From Pseudomonadota bacterium (GTDB lineage: Bacteria > Bdellovibrionota_C > UBA2361 > OMII01): DNA of 64,000 bases. The stretch's first letter is position 1. The number at the start of each line of letters is the position of its first letter. The notes beneath the pieces are model-generated. The model did not search any database, was not told where the DNA came from, and saw only the letters and a program-made list of their open reading frames with translations. A program made the translations under genes and the position numbers. The stretch is from the NCBI GenBank assembly GCA_038134595.1, contig JAYPVM010000006.1, forward strand, positions 1 to 64,000. Direction: 5' to 3'. Shown here piece by piece: positions 51,249 through 60,413 of the stretch.

Positions 51249-51743
51249 CTACTGTATCGTTGTAATTTCTCGTTCGAGGATAACCGATGAATTCATACCG
51301 ATACCCCTAGCCCGAGCTAATCCTCCCTGAATTTCGATGACATAGAGGCTTGGAGCCGATCCACCTCGGGGCTCCTCGGAAAATGGAGTTGCGTTTTCTA
51401 TGACCTCAACCACTTTCATCTCTTTCGAGATAAACACCATATCTAGTGGTATTTGGGTATTCTTCATCCAAAACGAGTGCGGAGTCTCTTTGGGAAAAAC
51501 AAAGAGCATCCCCTGATTCTCCCTCAGAGAATTACGAAACATGAGCCCCTTCGCCCTCGCCGCCGGAGTTGCGACCACCTCAAGATTCAGATCTAATAAT
51601 ACAGCCCCGCTGTCATCTATAAACTTCCCTGTAATTACCTCCGAGCGAATATCCTTGGAGCAGGCGACCACAAAGAATAAACAGCACAGACCTAACAATA
51701 ATCGAATGCGCGCACCTTGACAGCGCATACAGGTCATCAGCAC
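51249..51743 (-). CDS. DUF192 domain lipoprotein
   Basis: Lipobox VVAC; RAKGLMFR, GMLFVF, FWMKNT.IPLDM.F and YVIEI motifs. Confidence 0.9.
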   Translation of the reverse strand: MLMTCMRCQGARIRLLLGLCCLFFVVACSKDIRSEVITGKFIDDSGAVLLDLNLEVVATPAARAKGLMFRNSLRENQGMLFVFPKETPHSFWMKNTQIPLDMVFISKEMKVVEVIENATPFSEEPRGGSAPSLYVIEIQGGLARARGIGMNSSVILEREITTIQ

Positions 51744-52726
51744 TATTTCTTACTTTCAATTAAAGACGTTAACTCTGGCACCACATCGAACAGATCGGCA
51801 ACCAAACCATAATCAGCTACTTCAAAAATCGGAGCATCGGGATCTTTATTTATCGCCACAATCACTTTGGAATCCTTCATTCCTGCCAAATGTTGGATCG
51901 CGCCCGATATTCCGATAGCAAAGTACAGCGACGGCGCTACAACTTTCCCTGTCTGTCCTACCTGCCAGTCATTTGGAGCATATCCGGAATCCACGGCCGC
52001 TCTAGAAGCTCCAACGGCTCCTTTTAGTGCATCGGCGAGTGGAAACACAATCTTTTCAAAATTCTCTGCCGAGGCAAGGGCTCTTCCTCCACTAACTACG
52101 ACCTCTGCATCGGTCAACTCAGGGCGATCTGCCTTAGACTGCTCAAAACCGACGATCTTGCCGAATCTATCTTGCTCCACCAGCTCAGCATCACCAGCCA
52201 GTTCTAAGACCGCCTTCGCGCCACCCTGCGTACCAGGCGTAGCCGCCGAGAACGCAGTTCCTCGAATACTTACTATACGCACGTCGCTGGAAACCTCGAC
52301 ATCTGCTATCACATTTCCAGCATACATCGGACGCTTTAATGACCCGTCTTCGTTGACTCCAATGATATCCGAAGCTTGAGCTCCTTCAAGCAATACTGCG
52401 ACTCGAGGAAGCACGTCCTTGCCAGTGCTGTTAGCGGCACCAACCACTACCGATGCACCCATCTCTTTTGCCGCCAAGGCGATAGCTCTACCAAAGGGTT
52501 CCGCGCGATACTGAGCAAAAAGTTCATCCTCTGAAAACCGAACATCTTCAACTCCGTACTGAAGCAGCTCTTCTGCAGCACTCGCGGCACCCTGACCAAG
52601 AGTTACCGCAGTAATTGCGGCACAGCCCCATACTCTCCGGAGCTCTTCCGCTGCGGTCAACGCAACAAGTGTACTCTTGATTAACTTTCCGTCGTTATGC
52701 TGCGCGAAAACAATTATTTTACCCAT
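51743..52726 (-). CDS. etfA: electron transfer flavoprotein alpha subunit
   Basis: RPMYAGN, VSGGR, GASRAAVD, QVGQTGK and GISGAIQHLAG motifs. Confidence 0.97.
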   Translation of the reverse strand: MGKIIVFAQHNDGKLIKSTLVALTAAEELRRVWGCAAITAVTLGQGAASAAEELLQYGVEDVRFSEDELFAQYRAEPFGRAIALAAKEMGASVVVGAANSTGKDVLPRVAVLLEGAQASDIIGVNEDGSLKRPMYAGNVIADVEVSSDVRIVSIRGTAFSAATPGTQGGAKAVLELAGDAELVEQDRFGKIVGFEQSKADRPELTDAEVVVSGGRALASAENFEKIVFPLADALKGAVGASRAAVDSGYAPNDWQVGQTGKVVAPSLYFAIGISGAIQHLAGMKDSKVIVAINKDPDAPIFEVADYGLVADLFDVVPELTSLIESKK

Positions 52727-52737
52727 CAGTCGATCCC

Positions 52738-53487
52738 TTATAAAACCTTTGCTTCTTCCTGAAGCGCCGCGACAAGCTCTACAACGTCCGCTACTTTTCG
52801 CCCTGCCGAACGAGCCTCTGGAAACACCATCGACTTCACTGAAACTTTCACCTCGGCAGAAACACCAAGTGATTCGAGTGTAATTTCTTCAAAGGGCTTT
52901 TTCTTTGCTTTCATCAGATTAGGAAGAGCTGCATACCGTGGCTCATTTAGACGCAAGTCGGTCGAAATAACACAAGGCATAGGCACCTCAAGCACCTCAA
53001 GCCCACCATCAACTTCGCGAGTAACGGTTGCACGTTCACCCTCAATCTCAACTTTCGACGCAAAACATGCTTGTGGCAAATTAAGCCTTGCAGCAAGAAG
53101 CTGCGCAGTCTGGCTCGAATCTGAATCGATGGCCTGCTTACCCATAATAATCATACCGAATTCATGGCGCGAATAAATCGCTGCAAGCACCCGAGATGCT
53201 AGATCAGAGTCTACGGGCCCGTCGTGATTTACTAAAATTGCCGAGTCAGCACCCATCGCCAACGCGTATTCCAAGCGCGATTTCGTATCACTTGGACCGA
53301 CACTCGCCAAGACTATCTCAGAGACGACTCCCTGTTCTTTGAGTCGAATCGCCTCTTCTACGGCAATTTCGTCAAAAGTGTTTATTATCCACTTAATACC
53401 GTCTCGCTGAATATCAGACCCATCAGCCAACAATTTTAGTTTTATCTGCCAATCCGGCACTCGTTTAATTGGTACTAGTATCTTCAT
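52738..53487 (-). CDS. etfB: electron transfer flavoprotein beta subunit
   Basis: KRVPD, FDEIAVEEA, GKQAID and NEPRY motifs. Confidence 0.97.
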   Translation of the reverse strand: MKILVPIKRVPDWQIKLKLLADGSDIQRDGIKWIINTFDEIAVEEAIRLKEQGVVSEIVLASVGPSDTKSRLEYALAMGADSAILVNHDGPVDSDLASRVLAAIYSRHEFGMIIMGKQAIDSDSSQTAQLLAARLNLPQACFASKVEIEGERATVTREVDGGLEVLEVPMPCVISTDLRLNEPRYAALPNLMKAKKKPFEEITLESLGVSAEVKVSVKSMVFPEARSAGRKVADVVELVAALQEEAKVL

Positions 53488-53605
53488 ACGCGGATTTTAC
53501 CTCATAGTTGTTCCATCAAGCTAGTACGAATATGCAAGCAAGAAGCTCCTTACCGCAAAAAAACTTCTCGAGACCGACAAACGACCGCCGAGAACACTCA
53601 CTCTT

Positions 53606-55024
53606 CTACTCTTCGACTGCCAGCAAAGATTCACTAAACGGGGGGCGCAATAGGCGGCTGCGGGCAACTTTGGCTGTCTGTGCCAACGTAGGATGAGTTT
53701 TTTCCAAGCGTGTAAGCTGGTTTAAGTGATCCGCTGTCTGGCCGATTAACCTCGCAACATCTCCATCTGCAACGCCTGACAATCGCAACAATCCGGCAAA
53801 TTCTGGCCACGTTTCAGAATCCATCCACGTTATTACAGTCAGTGCAGCATCCGGTAATACTGCAACCTCTGCTAGACCTGGCCCTTTGTAATTTTCACGA
53901 ACAGAGTCGACAATACCCTGAAGAGATTTAAACGATTCGGATTTAATGGGGTTTCTCTTCAATTGAAAATATGGGCGATGTGGGTCCCCAGCGATGCTGG
54001 CCACAAGACCCACGATCTCATACATCGGACTTTCATCAAAAAGCCCCTGAGAGATAGACTCAGCCAATTCCAGAACAAGGCTCGTACACAACTCGGCGGC
54101 CCAACCGCCTTTTTCTGTTAAACTGCCACCCTCCACAAATCCCAGTGCCCGCAAACCATCGAGAGAGAGCGCTAGAGACGTCTCCTGTTTTTTTTCCAAT
54201 TCATCCGCTTCTCGCAGCAGGCGACGAACCCTCTTTTCTCCCCTCTTCAGGGCCTCCGATCCACGTCCTTGACGCTGCTCTAGCGTCTCTTGCTGTGTTA
54301 GGGCTTGTTCGCGAAGCTCACTAGCACCCTTTCGATCAAGAAAAGCACCCAGGCTCCGCGCAACGGTGAACTCCAAATCGTCTACGTTCCTATACTTCAA
54401 CAGGTTTAGCACAGTCGATGGCGCTGCAAAATACTGCGAGCGCAAGGGTTCGGGTGGTCGCTTCGACACCTCCAGCAATACGCGCGCATCCGAAAATCTA
54501 CTCGGAGTAATCACACATACTCCAACTGCGTCTTTACCGCGTCGTCCTGCTCGACCCGACATCTGTTGAAACTCCGCAGAGGATAAAACACTAAACCCCT
54601 CCGAACCCCGACGACTATGGGCTGTCACAACAGCTGTTCTCGCTGGAAAATCAACGCCTGCCGCGACAGTACCCGTAGCGACCATGAGACGTAACAAACC
54701 TCGAGACATCACCTCCTCAAGGAGTAGCCTCCATATCAACAACTGCCCCGCATGGTGCGCCCCAACGCCCGTTGCTATGAGCGCATCGTATTGAGGATAG
54801 CCAGTAATGAACTGTTCCTCGAATTGATATTTTTTAATGACAGCCTGAACTTCTTCGCGCAATGTCTCCTGAGCTGAAGCGGGCAAATGCATCTTAGCAT
54901 CTCGTTGTATTGCCTCCACATCCGCATCACACTGCTTTCGTGCGGTTCGAAACAAAATTGCTGGCAACAAGCTATCTCTCTCGAGTTCTCGAAGGATTAT
55001 ATGGACCGGAAAATCACCAAACAC
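53606..55024 (-). CDS. Ski2/HelY-like SF2 helicase, C-terminal half (RecA2 + helical domains)
   Basis: Motif IV LPAILFRTARKQCD, HHAG, motif V ATGTVAAGVDFPA, motif VI QMSGRAGRRG; GGAGG SD 5 nt before GTG. Confidence 0.85.
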   Translation of the reverse strand: MFGDFPVHIILRELERDSLLPAILFRTARKQCDADVEAIQRDAKMHLPASAQETLREEVQAVIKKYQFEEQFITGYPQYDALIATGVGAHHAGQLLIWRLLLEEVMSRGLLRLMVATGTVAAGVDFPARTAVVTAHSRRGSEGFSVLSSAEFQQMSGRAGRRGKDAVGVCVITPSRFSDARVLLEVSKRPPEPLRSQYFAAPSTVLNLLKYRNVDDLEFTVARSLGAFLDRKGASELREQALTQQETLEQRQGRGSEALKRGEKRVRRLLREADELEKKQETSLALSLDGLRALGFVEGGSLTEKGGWAAELCTSLVLELAESISQGLFDESPMYEIVGLVASIAGDPHRPYFQLKRNPIKSESFKSLQGIVDSVRENYKGPGLAEVAVLPDAALTVITWMDSETWPEFAGLLRLSGVADGDVARLIGQTADHLNQLTRLEKTHPTLAQTAKVARSRLLRPPFSESLLAVEE

Positions 55025-55026
55025 AA

Positions 55027-55863
55027 CTACCTCCGTCGCCTACCATGTGGCCTACTCCTCGAACGCCCCTTACGTGTCTTCCGTCCGTCCCGTTCTGCCC
55101 CGCCTCGACCGCCAGACATAGATCTCCCTCTCACTCGCATACCAGATTCATCCAGCTTCGCCGAACCATAGTATTGAGCAACTTCAGGTAAGATGTGGCC
55201 TTTTTCATCACTAAGGGGGATAACTCCATAACGAGGATGTAAGAACGCATATCGCAATTCAACAGGCCGCTCTGTTTTCATGACAATTCTACACTCCCGA
55301 TTTCGAACCTCTTCAATCCAAGCAGCTATCTCCTCGGCATTGGAAATGGAAGCAGACAACATTAACAGCGTCGAATCTCCCGGTGTTAAGATAATACTTT
55401 CCTCCCAAACCGGTCCCCGTTGTGGATCTGCAATATAATGAACTTCATCAAGGATAACCAAAGAGTACTGAGCATGCCCGCGATACAGCTCATTTCTATA
55501 AATCTCTGTGGTCGCAATCACAACATCAGAGTCACCTTCTATTTTTCGATCGCCAGTCAATAATCCTACCGAATATCGAGGTCCAAAAGTTTGCTGAAAC
55601 TCACTATACTTTGTGTTAGAGAGCGCCTTTAAAGGCGTGGTATAGATAGCTCTCTTATTCTGCTCTAAAAGTCGAAACATCGACTCAATTGCAATATAGG
55701 TCTTTCCTGAACCTGTCGGCGCTACAACAAGAGTGTCAATGCCATTGGCGAGATTATCAATAGCTTCCTGCTGAAATGGATCAACTACAAAATCACACTT
55801 CTCGGGAACTCCGATGCCCGACAAAAGTTTTTGTCTCGCTTCCTGAATCGCCTTAAATTTCAT
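55027..55863 (-). CDS. Ski2/HelY-like SF2 helicase, N-terminal half (RecA1/DEVH domain)
   Basis: Q motif DPFQ, Walker A APTGSGKT, YTTPLKALSN, LLTGD, TTE, DEVH, LSAS, ERPVEL; ATG 55863 overlaps the upstream gene end. Confidence 0.88.
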   Translation of the reverse strand: MKFKAIQEARQKLLSGIGVPEKCDFVVDPFQQEAIDNLANGIDTLVVAPTGSGKTYIAIESMFRLLEQNKRAIYTTPLKALSNTKYSEFQQTFGPRYSVGLLTGDRKIEGDSDVVIATTEIYRNELYRGHAQYSLVILDEVHYIADPQRGPVWEESIILTPGDSTLLMLSASISNAEEIAAWIEEVRNRECRIVMKTERPVELRYAFLHPRYGVIPLSDEKGHILPEVAQYYGSAKLDESGMRVRGRSMSGGRGGAERDGRKTRKGRSRSRPHGRRRR

Positions 55864-56635
55864 TATTCTCTTCCAAATGCTCAGGGATTTCATAGCGACA
55901 GGACACAAAGCTTCGAACATACGATGGGGCCTGTGTCGACAAATCTTCTATTGATCCATCATAAACTATTTTTCCGTCAAACAACGCCAGAATCCGTTCA
56001 ACCGCGGGCAGTAATCGCCGAAGGTCGTGACTAACTAAAATAGTGGTGGGCTTGTACTCGGCATGCAACTCGACGATTAAATCCATAATCACGCTACTTG
56101 CCACAGGATCGAGTCCGCTGGTCGGATCATCGAGAAGTAAAATCTTAGGTCGCCCGACTAAAGCTCTCGCAAGAGAGACTCGTCGCCGCATTCCTCCACT
56201 AATCTGCCCCGGCATCTTAAATGCCGCACTAGAAAGTCCAACCCTGGCAAGTATTGAAGAGACCTTATCTCGAACAAACTCTCGTTCTTCCCTCGACAAA
56301 TTCGTAGTCGGAACATTACCGGCCACCAATGGAAAGGCTACATTGTCATACACCGACAGTGAATCAAATAACGCCCCTTCCTGGAACATCAGCCCGACAT
56401 CTTGAGAGGAACATCCTCTCGGAAACCCAACTGACCCCACATCTGTATGGCAGGTATGTGCAATTATCTTCAACAACACACTCTTCCCTCCTCCACTAGG
56501 GCCTATTAACCCATTGATAGAAGAGCGCTTAAGCGCAAAGTTTACATCAGATAAAACCGGGACACCTGCAAAGGACCGCGAAAGAGAATTAACCTTTAAC
56601 ACTGATAAAAAACTATCCTCCTCCAAAATCCTCAC
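55853..56635 (-). CDS. MlaF/Mkl-like ABC transporter ATP-binding protein
   Basis: GPSGGGKS, FQEGALFDSLSVYDNVAFPL, ISGGMRRR, LLDDPTSGLDP and VSHD motifs. Confidence 0.88.
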   Translation of the reverse strand: MRILEEDSFLSVLKVNSLSRSFAGVPVLSDVNFALKRSSINGLIGPSGGGKSVLLKIIAHTCHTDVGSVGFPRGCSSQDVGLMFQEGALFDSLSVYDNVAFPLVAGNVPTTNLSREEREFVRDKVSSILARVGLSSAAFKMPGQISGGMRRRVSLARALVGRPKILLLDDPTSGLDPVASSVIMDLIVELHAEYKPTTILVSHDLRRLLPAVERILALFDGKIVYDGSIEDLSTQAPSYVRSFVSCRYEIPEHLEENNEI

Positions 56636-56648
56636 ATAGCCCGTTCGG

Positions 56649-57704
56649 CTACGTACTTATTGCCGCCGACGAAGAAACTCGGCCGATGGAATCATCACAC
56701 ACCCTACCGTTTTCCTCTAGAGCAACAGCTACACTATTCTCTCGGTCGTACTGGTCCCTGATGCGGTGCAAACATTCAATCTGCTCCTCTAAGGAATGAA
56801 GACCTAGCAGGCTCTTTCTCCAGGGAGCTCCCTTACACATCTGCGACACCAATTGCTTAAGCTTGCCTGGACAGGAGCCATCAAGAAAGTCCTCCCTTAA
56901 CAGCTCAATGTACCGAAACAATACCTCAACCATCCGTCGATGATCGTGCCGAAGAGCGCACGGACTCCCGCCAAGTATCTCAGAGAAAACCAAAGGGTTG
57001 TACATACTGGCTCTACCGATAAAAAGTCCGGCCACTCCGCCGCGGAGACGCTCCTGGGCAGAAGTAGCATCTACCACATCTCCGCTCCCCAAGACCGGAA
57101 TGGACACTTCACTGGCTATGTGCTCAACGATATCCCAATCAGCTTCGCCGCGATATAACTGCGCCCGCGTTCTACCGTGAATCGCAAGAGCCTGAACACC
57201 CTCATCCTCTGCCATTATCGCTATTTCAAGAGCATTCCTACTCGCATCATCCCAGCCAGAACGAATCTTAATCGTCAGCGGTATACTAACGTGGGCTCGC
57301 ACCTCTCGAATAACCGCTCTGAGATGCTGCGGTTGACGCATCAATTCACAACCACCACCTTTCTTGACGACCTTCGGTGCGGGACATCCACAATTAATAT
57401 CAATGAGATCTGCACCCATATCCTGAACCATCAGCGCGGCATCTCTCATTCTGGAGACATCGTACCCGAATATCTGCACGCAATACGGTCGTTCCTCCTC
57501 TGCAAAGCGCATCATCTCAAGAGTACGCTTAGAGCCTCTTGTCATTCCTTCGACCGATACGAATTCACTTACCAACAATCCCACCGCTCCTGGGTTTAAT
57601 TCCTTAATCAACCGACGAAATGGTCTCGTTGTTACCCCACTCATGGGCGATAAAACCAAACCAGGCGCGATACAGATATCGCCTACCTTATACGATGGTA
57701 TCAT
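56649..57704 (-). CDS. dusB: tRNA-dihydrouridine synthase (DusB-like)
   Basis: SPMSG, QIFG, DINCGCP, KIRSGW, IHGRT and IGR motifs. Confidence 0.92.
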   Translation of the reverse strand: MIPSYKVGDICIAPGLVLSPMSGVTTRPFRRLIKELNPGAVGLLVSEFVSVEGMTRGSKRTLEMMRFAEEERPYCVQIFGYDVSRMRDAALMVQDMGADLIDINCGCPAPKVVKKGGGCELMRQPQHLRAVIREVRAHVSIPLTIKIRSGWDDASRNALEIAIMAEDEGVQALAIHGRTRAQLYRGEADWDIVEHIASEVSIPVLGSGDVVDATSAQERLRGGVAGLFIGRASMYNPLVFSEILGGSPCALRHDHRRMVEVLFRYIELLREDFLDGSCPGKLKQLVSQMCKGAPWRKSLLGLHSLEEQIECLHRIRDQYDRENSVAVALEENGRVCDDSIGRVSSSAAIST

Positions 57705-59133
57705 TCAAAATCTCCTCAACTCTCTCGGAGAGCGCTTCTATCGAAAAAGGCTTTCTCAGAAACCCGCGCGCTCCATCTTTAAGCATTTTTTCGACGACAT
57801 GCTCCGAACTAAATCCACTCATCACCAATACCGAACTGTCAACCTGACGCTCTCTCATCTCTTCAAAGAGCTTGTCACCAGCCATATCTGGCATAAGGAT
57901 ATCAAGCATCACCAATTCATAGGGTTGCGCCGCTTCGGTGATTCTAGCGAGCCCTTCCTCACCAGAAGACGCCACATCTACAACATATCCCAGGTGAGAT
58001 AAACTTAACGACAAAACATTACGGACTGCATCCTCGTCGTCTATCACTAAAATACGTTGTCCGCTTCCCCTCCGAAGATTTGGTATCCCTACGCTAGCTT
58101 CGGCATGCGCCTTCTCATCTAAGGCGGGCAAAAACACCTTAAACGTTGTCCCCAAGCCCACCTCAGATTGCACTTCAATTAATCCACCAAGCTCAGTAAC
58201 AATCTGACGCACCGTACTCAGCCCAAGCCCAGTTCCACGTCGTTCTTTTGTTGAAAAGTAAGGCTCAAATATCCGCTCAATCAGTTCAGGCGCCATACCG
58301 ACACCAGTATCCTCGACACAAATGGCGATGAAGCGCTTCTCACCATTGAAATGGCTTTGATTTGACGATGGAAAGATCCCTCCCAGGCGAACCCGTATTG
58401 AACCGTTACCATCAATCGCATCTCGAGCGTTTATGATCAGATTTATCAAAATCTGATTCACCTGCGCCTCCGTTGCCATCAGCTTAGGAATCGACTCCAG
58501 CGTTTCAATAGACACCCCTATTCTGGATGGAATCGCACTCTTAAGCAAGGTTAGCACCCCGTTTGAGCTCTGCTCCACATCAACCGGTTTCGGAGATTGC
58601 GATGAGTCCAGTCGAGAAAACATCAATATCTGTTTGACCAGATCTGCCCCCCGCAGAGCCCCATCCTCAATGGCTAAGAGCGACTCGTAGGCATCACCAT
58701 GCGAATCCACTTTGTGCTTCAAAAACGCGACATGCCCAAGCACTCCAGTTAACACATTATTAAAATCATGTGCCACTCCGCCTGCCAACATCCCCAAAGT
58801 TTCAATCCGCTGCTTATGATAATCTTGAACAGCCGTATCGCCCGACTCAGAGCTCGCTTCTACTCGAACCAAGACGCTCTCCTCTGCCCTACATGTCACA
58901 CCACGAACTGTGACAACATCCCCTGAATAGCGATACCAGGAGGTCGAAAATGCACCGTCAATTCTACAATCCTCTCGCAAAGAGGGCCACAATATCCCAA
59001 GTTTGCAGTCGGCGAGTCCCTGTATCGCTACAAGATCTAGAAAGGCCCGATTTGCCACTAGCAAACGAAAATCATGCGACAACACGCATATTGGCTCATC
59101 AAGAGCATCAATTATTTCTTGCGCTAACTTCAT
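57688..59133 (-). CDS. cytoplasmic hybrid sensor histidine kinase/response regulator (PAS-HisKA-HATPase-REC; CckA-like architecture)
   Basis: AGGVAHDFNN, NLIINARDA, DTGVG, FEPYFSTK, GTGLGL; receiver IDDE..LDILMP..MSG..KPF. Confidence 0.93.
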   Translation of the reverse strand: MKLAQEIIDALDEPICVLSHDFRLLVANRAFLDLVAIQGLADCKLGILWPSLREDCRIDGAFSTSWYRYSGDVVTVRGVTCRAEESVLVRVEASSESGDTAVQDYHKQRIETLGMLAGGVAHDFNNVLTGVLGHVAFLKHKVDSHGDAYESLLAIEDGALRGADLVKQILMFSRLDSSQSPKPVDVEQSSNGVLTLLKSAIPSRIGVSIETLESIPKLMATEAQVNQILINLIINARDAIDGNGSIRVRLGGIFPSSNQSHFNGEKRFIAICVEDTGVGMAPELIERIFEPYFSTKERRGTGLGLSTVRQIVTELGGLIEVQSEVGLGTTFKVFLPALDEKAHAEASVGIPNLRRGSGQRILVIDDEDAVRNVLSLSLSHLGYVVDVASSGEEGLARITEAAQPYELVMLDILMPDMAGDKLFEEMRERQVDSSVLVMSGFSSEHVVEKMLKDGARGFLRKPFSIEALSERVEEILNDTIV

Positions 59134-59671
59134 GACATTCCTTACTCACTCTGATTGATTTCCGTTAGCCTCGCCGCCGCACCCTCAACACTTTTGAAAT
59201 CAACCGTGTCAAAAAGCTTATTTACTTTGGCGATTATCTATTCTGACCAACGTTCTCTGGCTTGGTAAATCTTACAATACCAATAACTTAGATTCTTGCT
59301 AAGAGAAACATACTATATGTGTACGTTCTGGACATATCATCCCTCTATCCTTCCTCGGGCACTCTTTGACCCCTAGCACTCGGTGCACAAGAAATTCTTT
59401 TGGCTATCTGTTGGTAGATAATTCGATGCAAATCGATTGTTTTTAGATAGTTACCGACCCAAAGCTTGATACACGCCGTATGAATTATCACTAATCAGGC
59501 AATTTTTTATAACAATAAACCAATTTGAGCTTAAAAATAAGGTGCCCCTTACCCTTTGCGTGAATCTCAATAAGCAAGGGAAAAGTGCGCGGCAGTAAAA
59601 ACCGTGCTTGTAACCTATTTTGAATGTGGTAGTTTGTCACTACCGTGTTTTTTTTACGGGAGCCAGTTGTT

Positions 59672-59971
59672 ATGTCTGATTCTGAATCAAACACACTTAC
59701 AGGAACGGTTAAGTGGTTCAATGATGCCAAAGGATTTGGATTTATCGAGCACACGAGCGGAAAAGATGTTTTTGTTCACTACTCGGTAATTACATCCGAA
59801 GGCTTTAAAACCCTCAAGGATGGCGAAACAGTAACGTATGAACTTACTGAAGGGCCTAAGGGTTTTCAAGCTTCACGGGTGGAGAGAACCACTACACAGG
59901 ATTCCTCAAAAGCACAAGAGATTACTATCTCTCTCGCAGAGAGTGAAGAACTCCGCGCGGAAGAAAAGTAG
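59672..59971 (+). CDS. cold-shock protein with acidic C-terminal extension
   Basis: [22 protein letters not shown] and GFKTL motifs; GGGAG SD upstream of ATG 59672. Confidence 0.95.
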   Translation: MSDSESNTLTGTVKWFNDAKGFGFIEHTSGKDVFVHYSVITSEGFKTLKDGETVTYELTEGPKGFQASRVERTTTQDSSKAQEITISLAESEELRAEEK

Positions 59972-60126
59972 AAATAGCAGCACCACGCACTCACCGTTTG
60001 AGCGCTTGTGTAGGACCGTTGTAAGTTAGAAACTGTGTCACCTAATGAGTGCGCAGGAAAGCTTATGAGGTATAACCTCGTTCAAATGCCCAAGAGGTAA
60101 GAATGCGTTGTTGTATGGCTACAGCG

Positions 60127-60172
60127 CTGACTCATATCACTCTCGCGGTCTGACTCATATCACTGTAGCGGT
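60127..60172. repeat. two tandem 23-bp direct repeats
   Basis: CTGACTCATATCACTCTCGCGGT and CTGACTCATATCACTGTAGCGGT, 21/23 identical. Confidence 0.85.
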
Positions 60173-60413
60173 ACTAGATGCTAATGTAACCCAAGTTGCT
60201 TATCGAGCAAGTTTTCGTACTGATGGTAGCTGCCTTGCGATGCAGCAACTAGGCGAAAGCTCCTAGCTTAAAGCAGAGCAGCTGAAGAGCCAACCTCAAC
60301 ACCGACCGTTTTTTTGCAGACCACCGACAGCCAAACGACAAGCAACAAGTAACAATCCCTTTATTGCCGCAACTATTGCCAGACAGGCATCGGTGAGGTT
60401 GTCATTTACAACA

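Noticed and set aside
55025..55042. Programmed -1 frameshift joining the helicase halves
   Set aside because: No X XXY YYZ slippery sequence in the short shared window; an SD plus GTG explains ORF2 more simply.
60127..60172. Possible mini-CRISPR array
   Set aside because: Only two abutting copies, no spacer-length unique sequence and no cas genes in the window.
60215..60290. Hammerhead ribozyme (CTGATG...GAAA)
   Set aside because: The core reads CUGAUGG rather than CUGANGA, and no UH cleavage site follows the would-be stem III.
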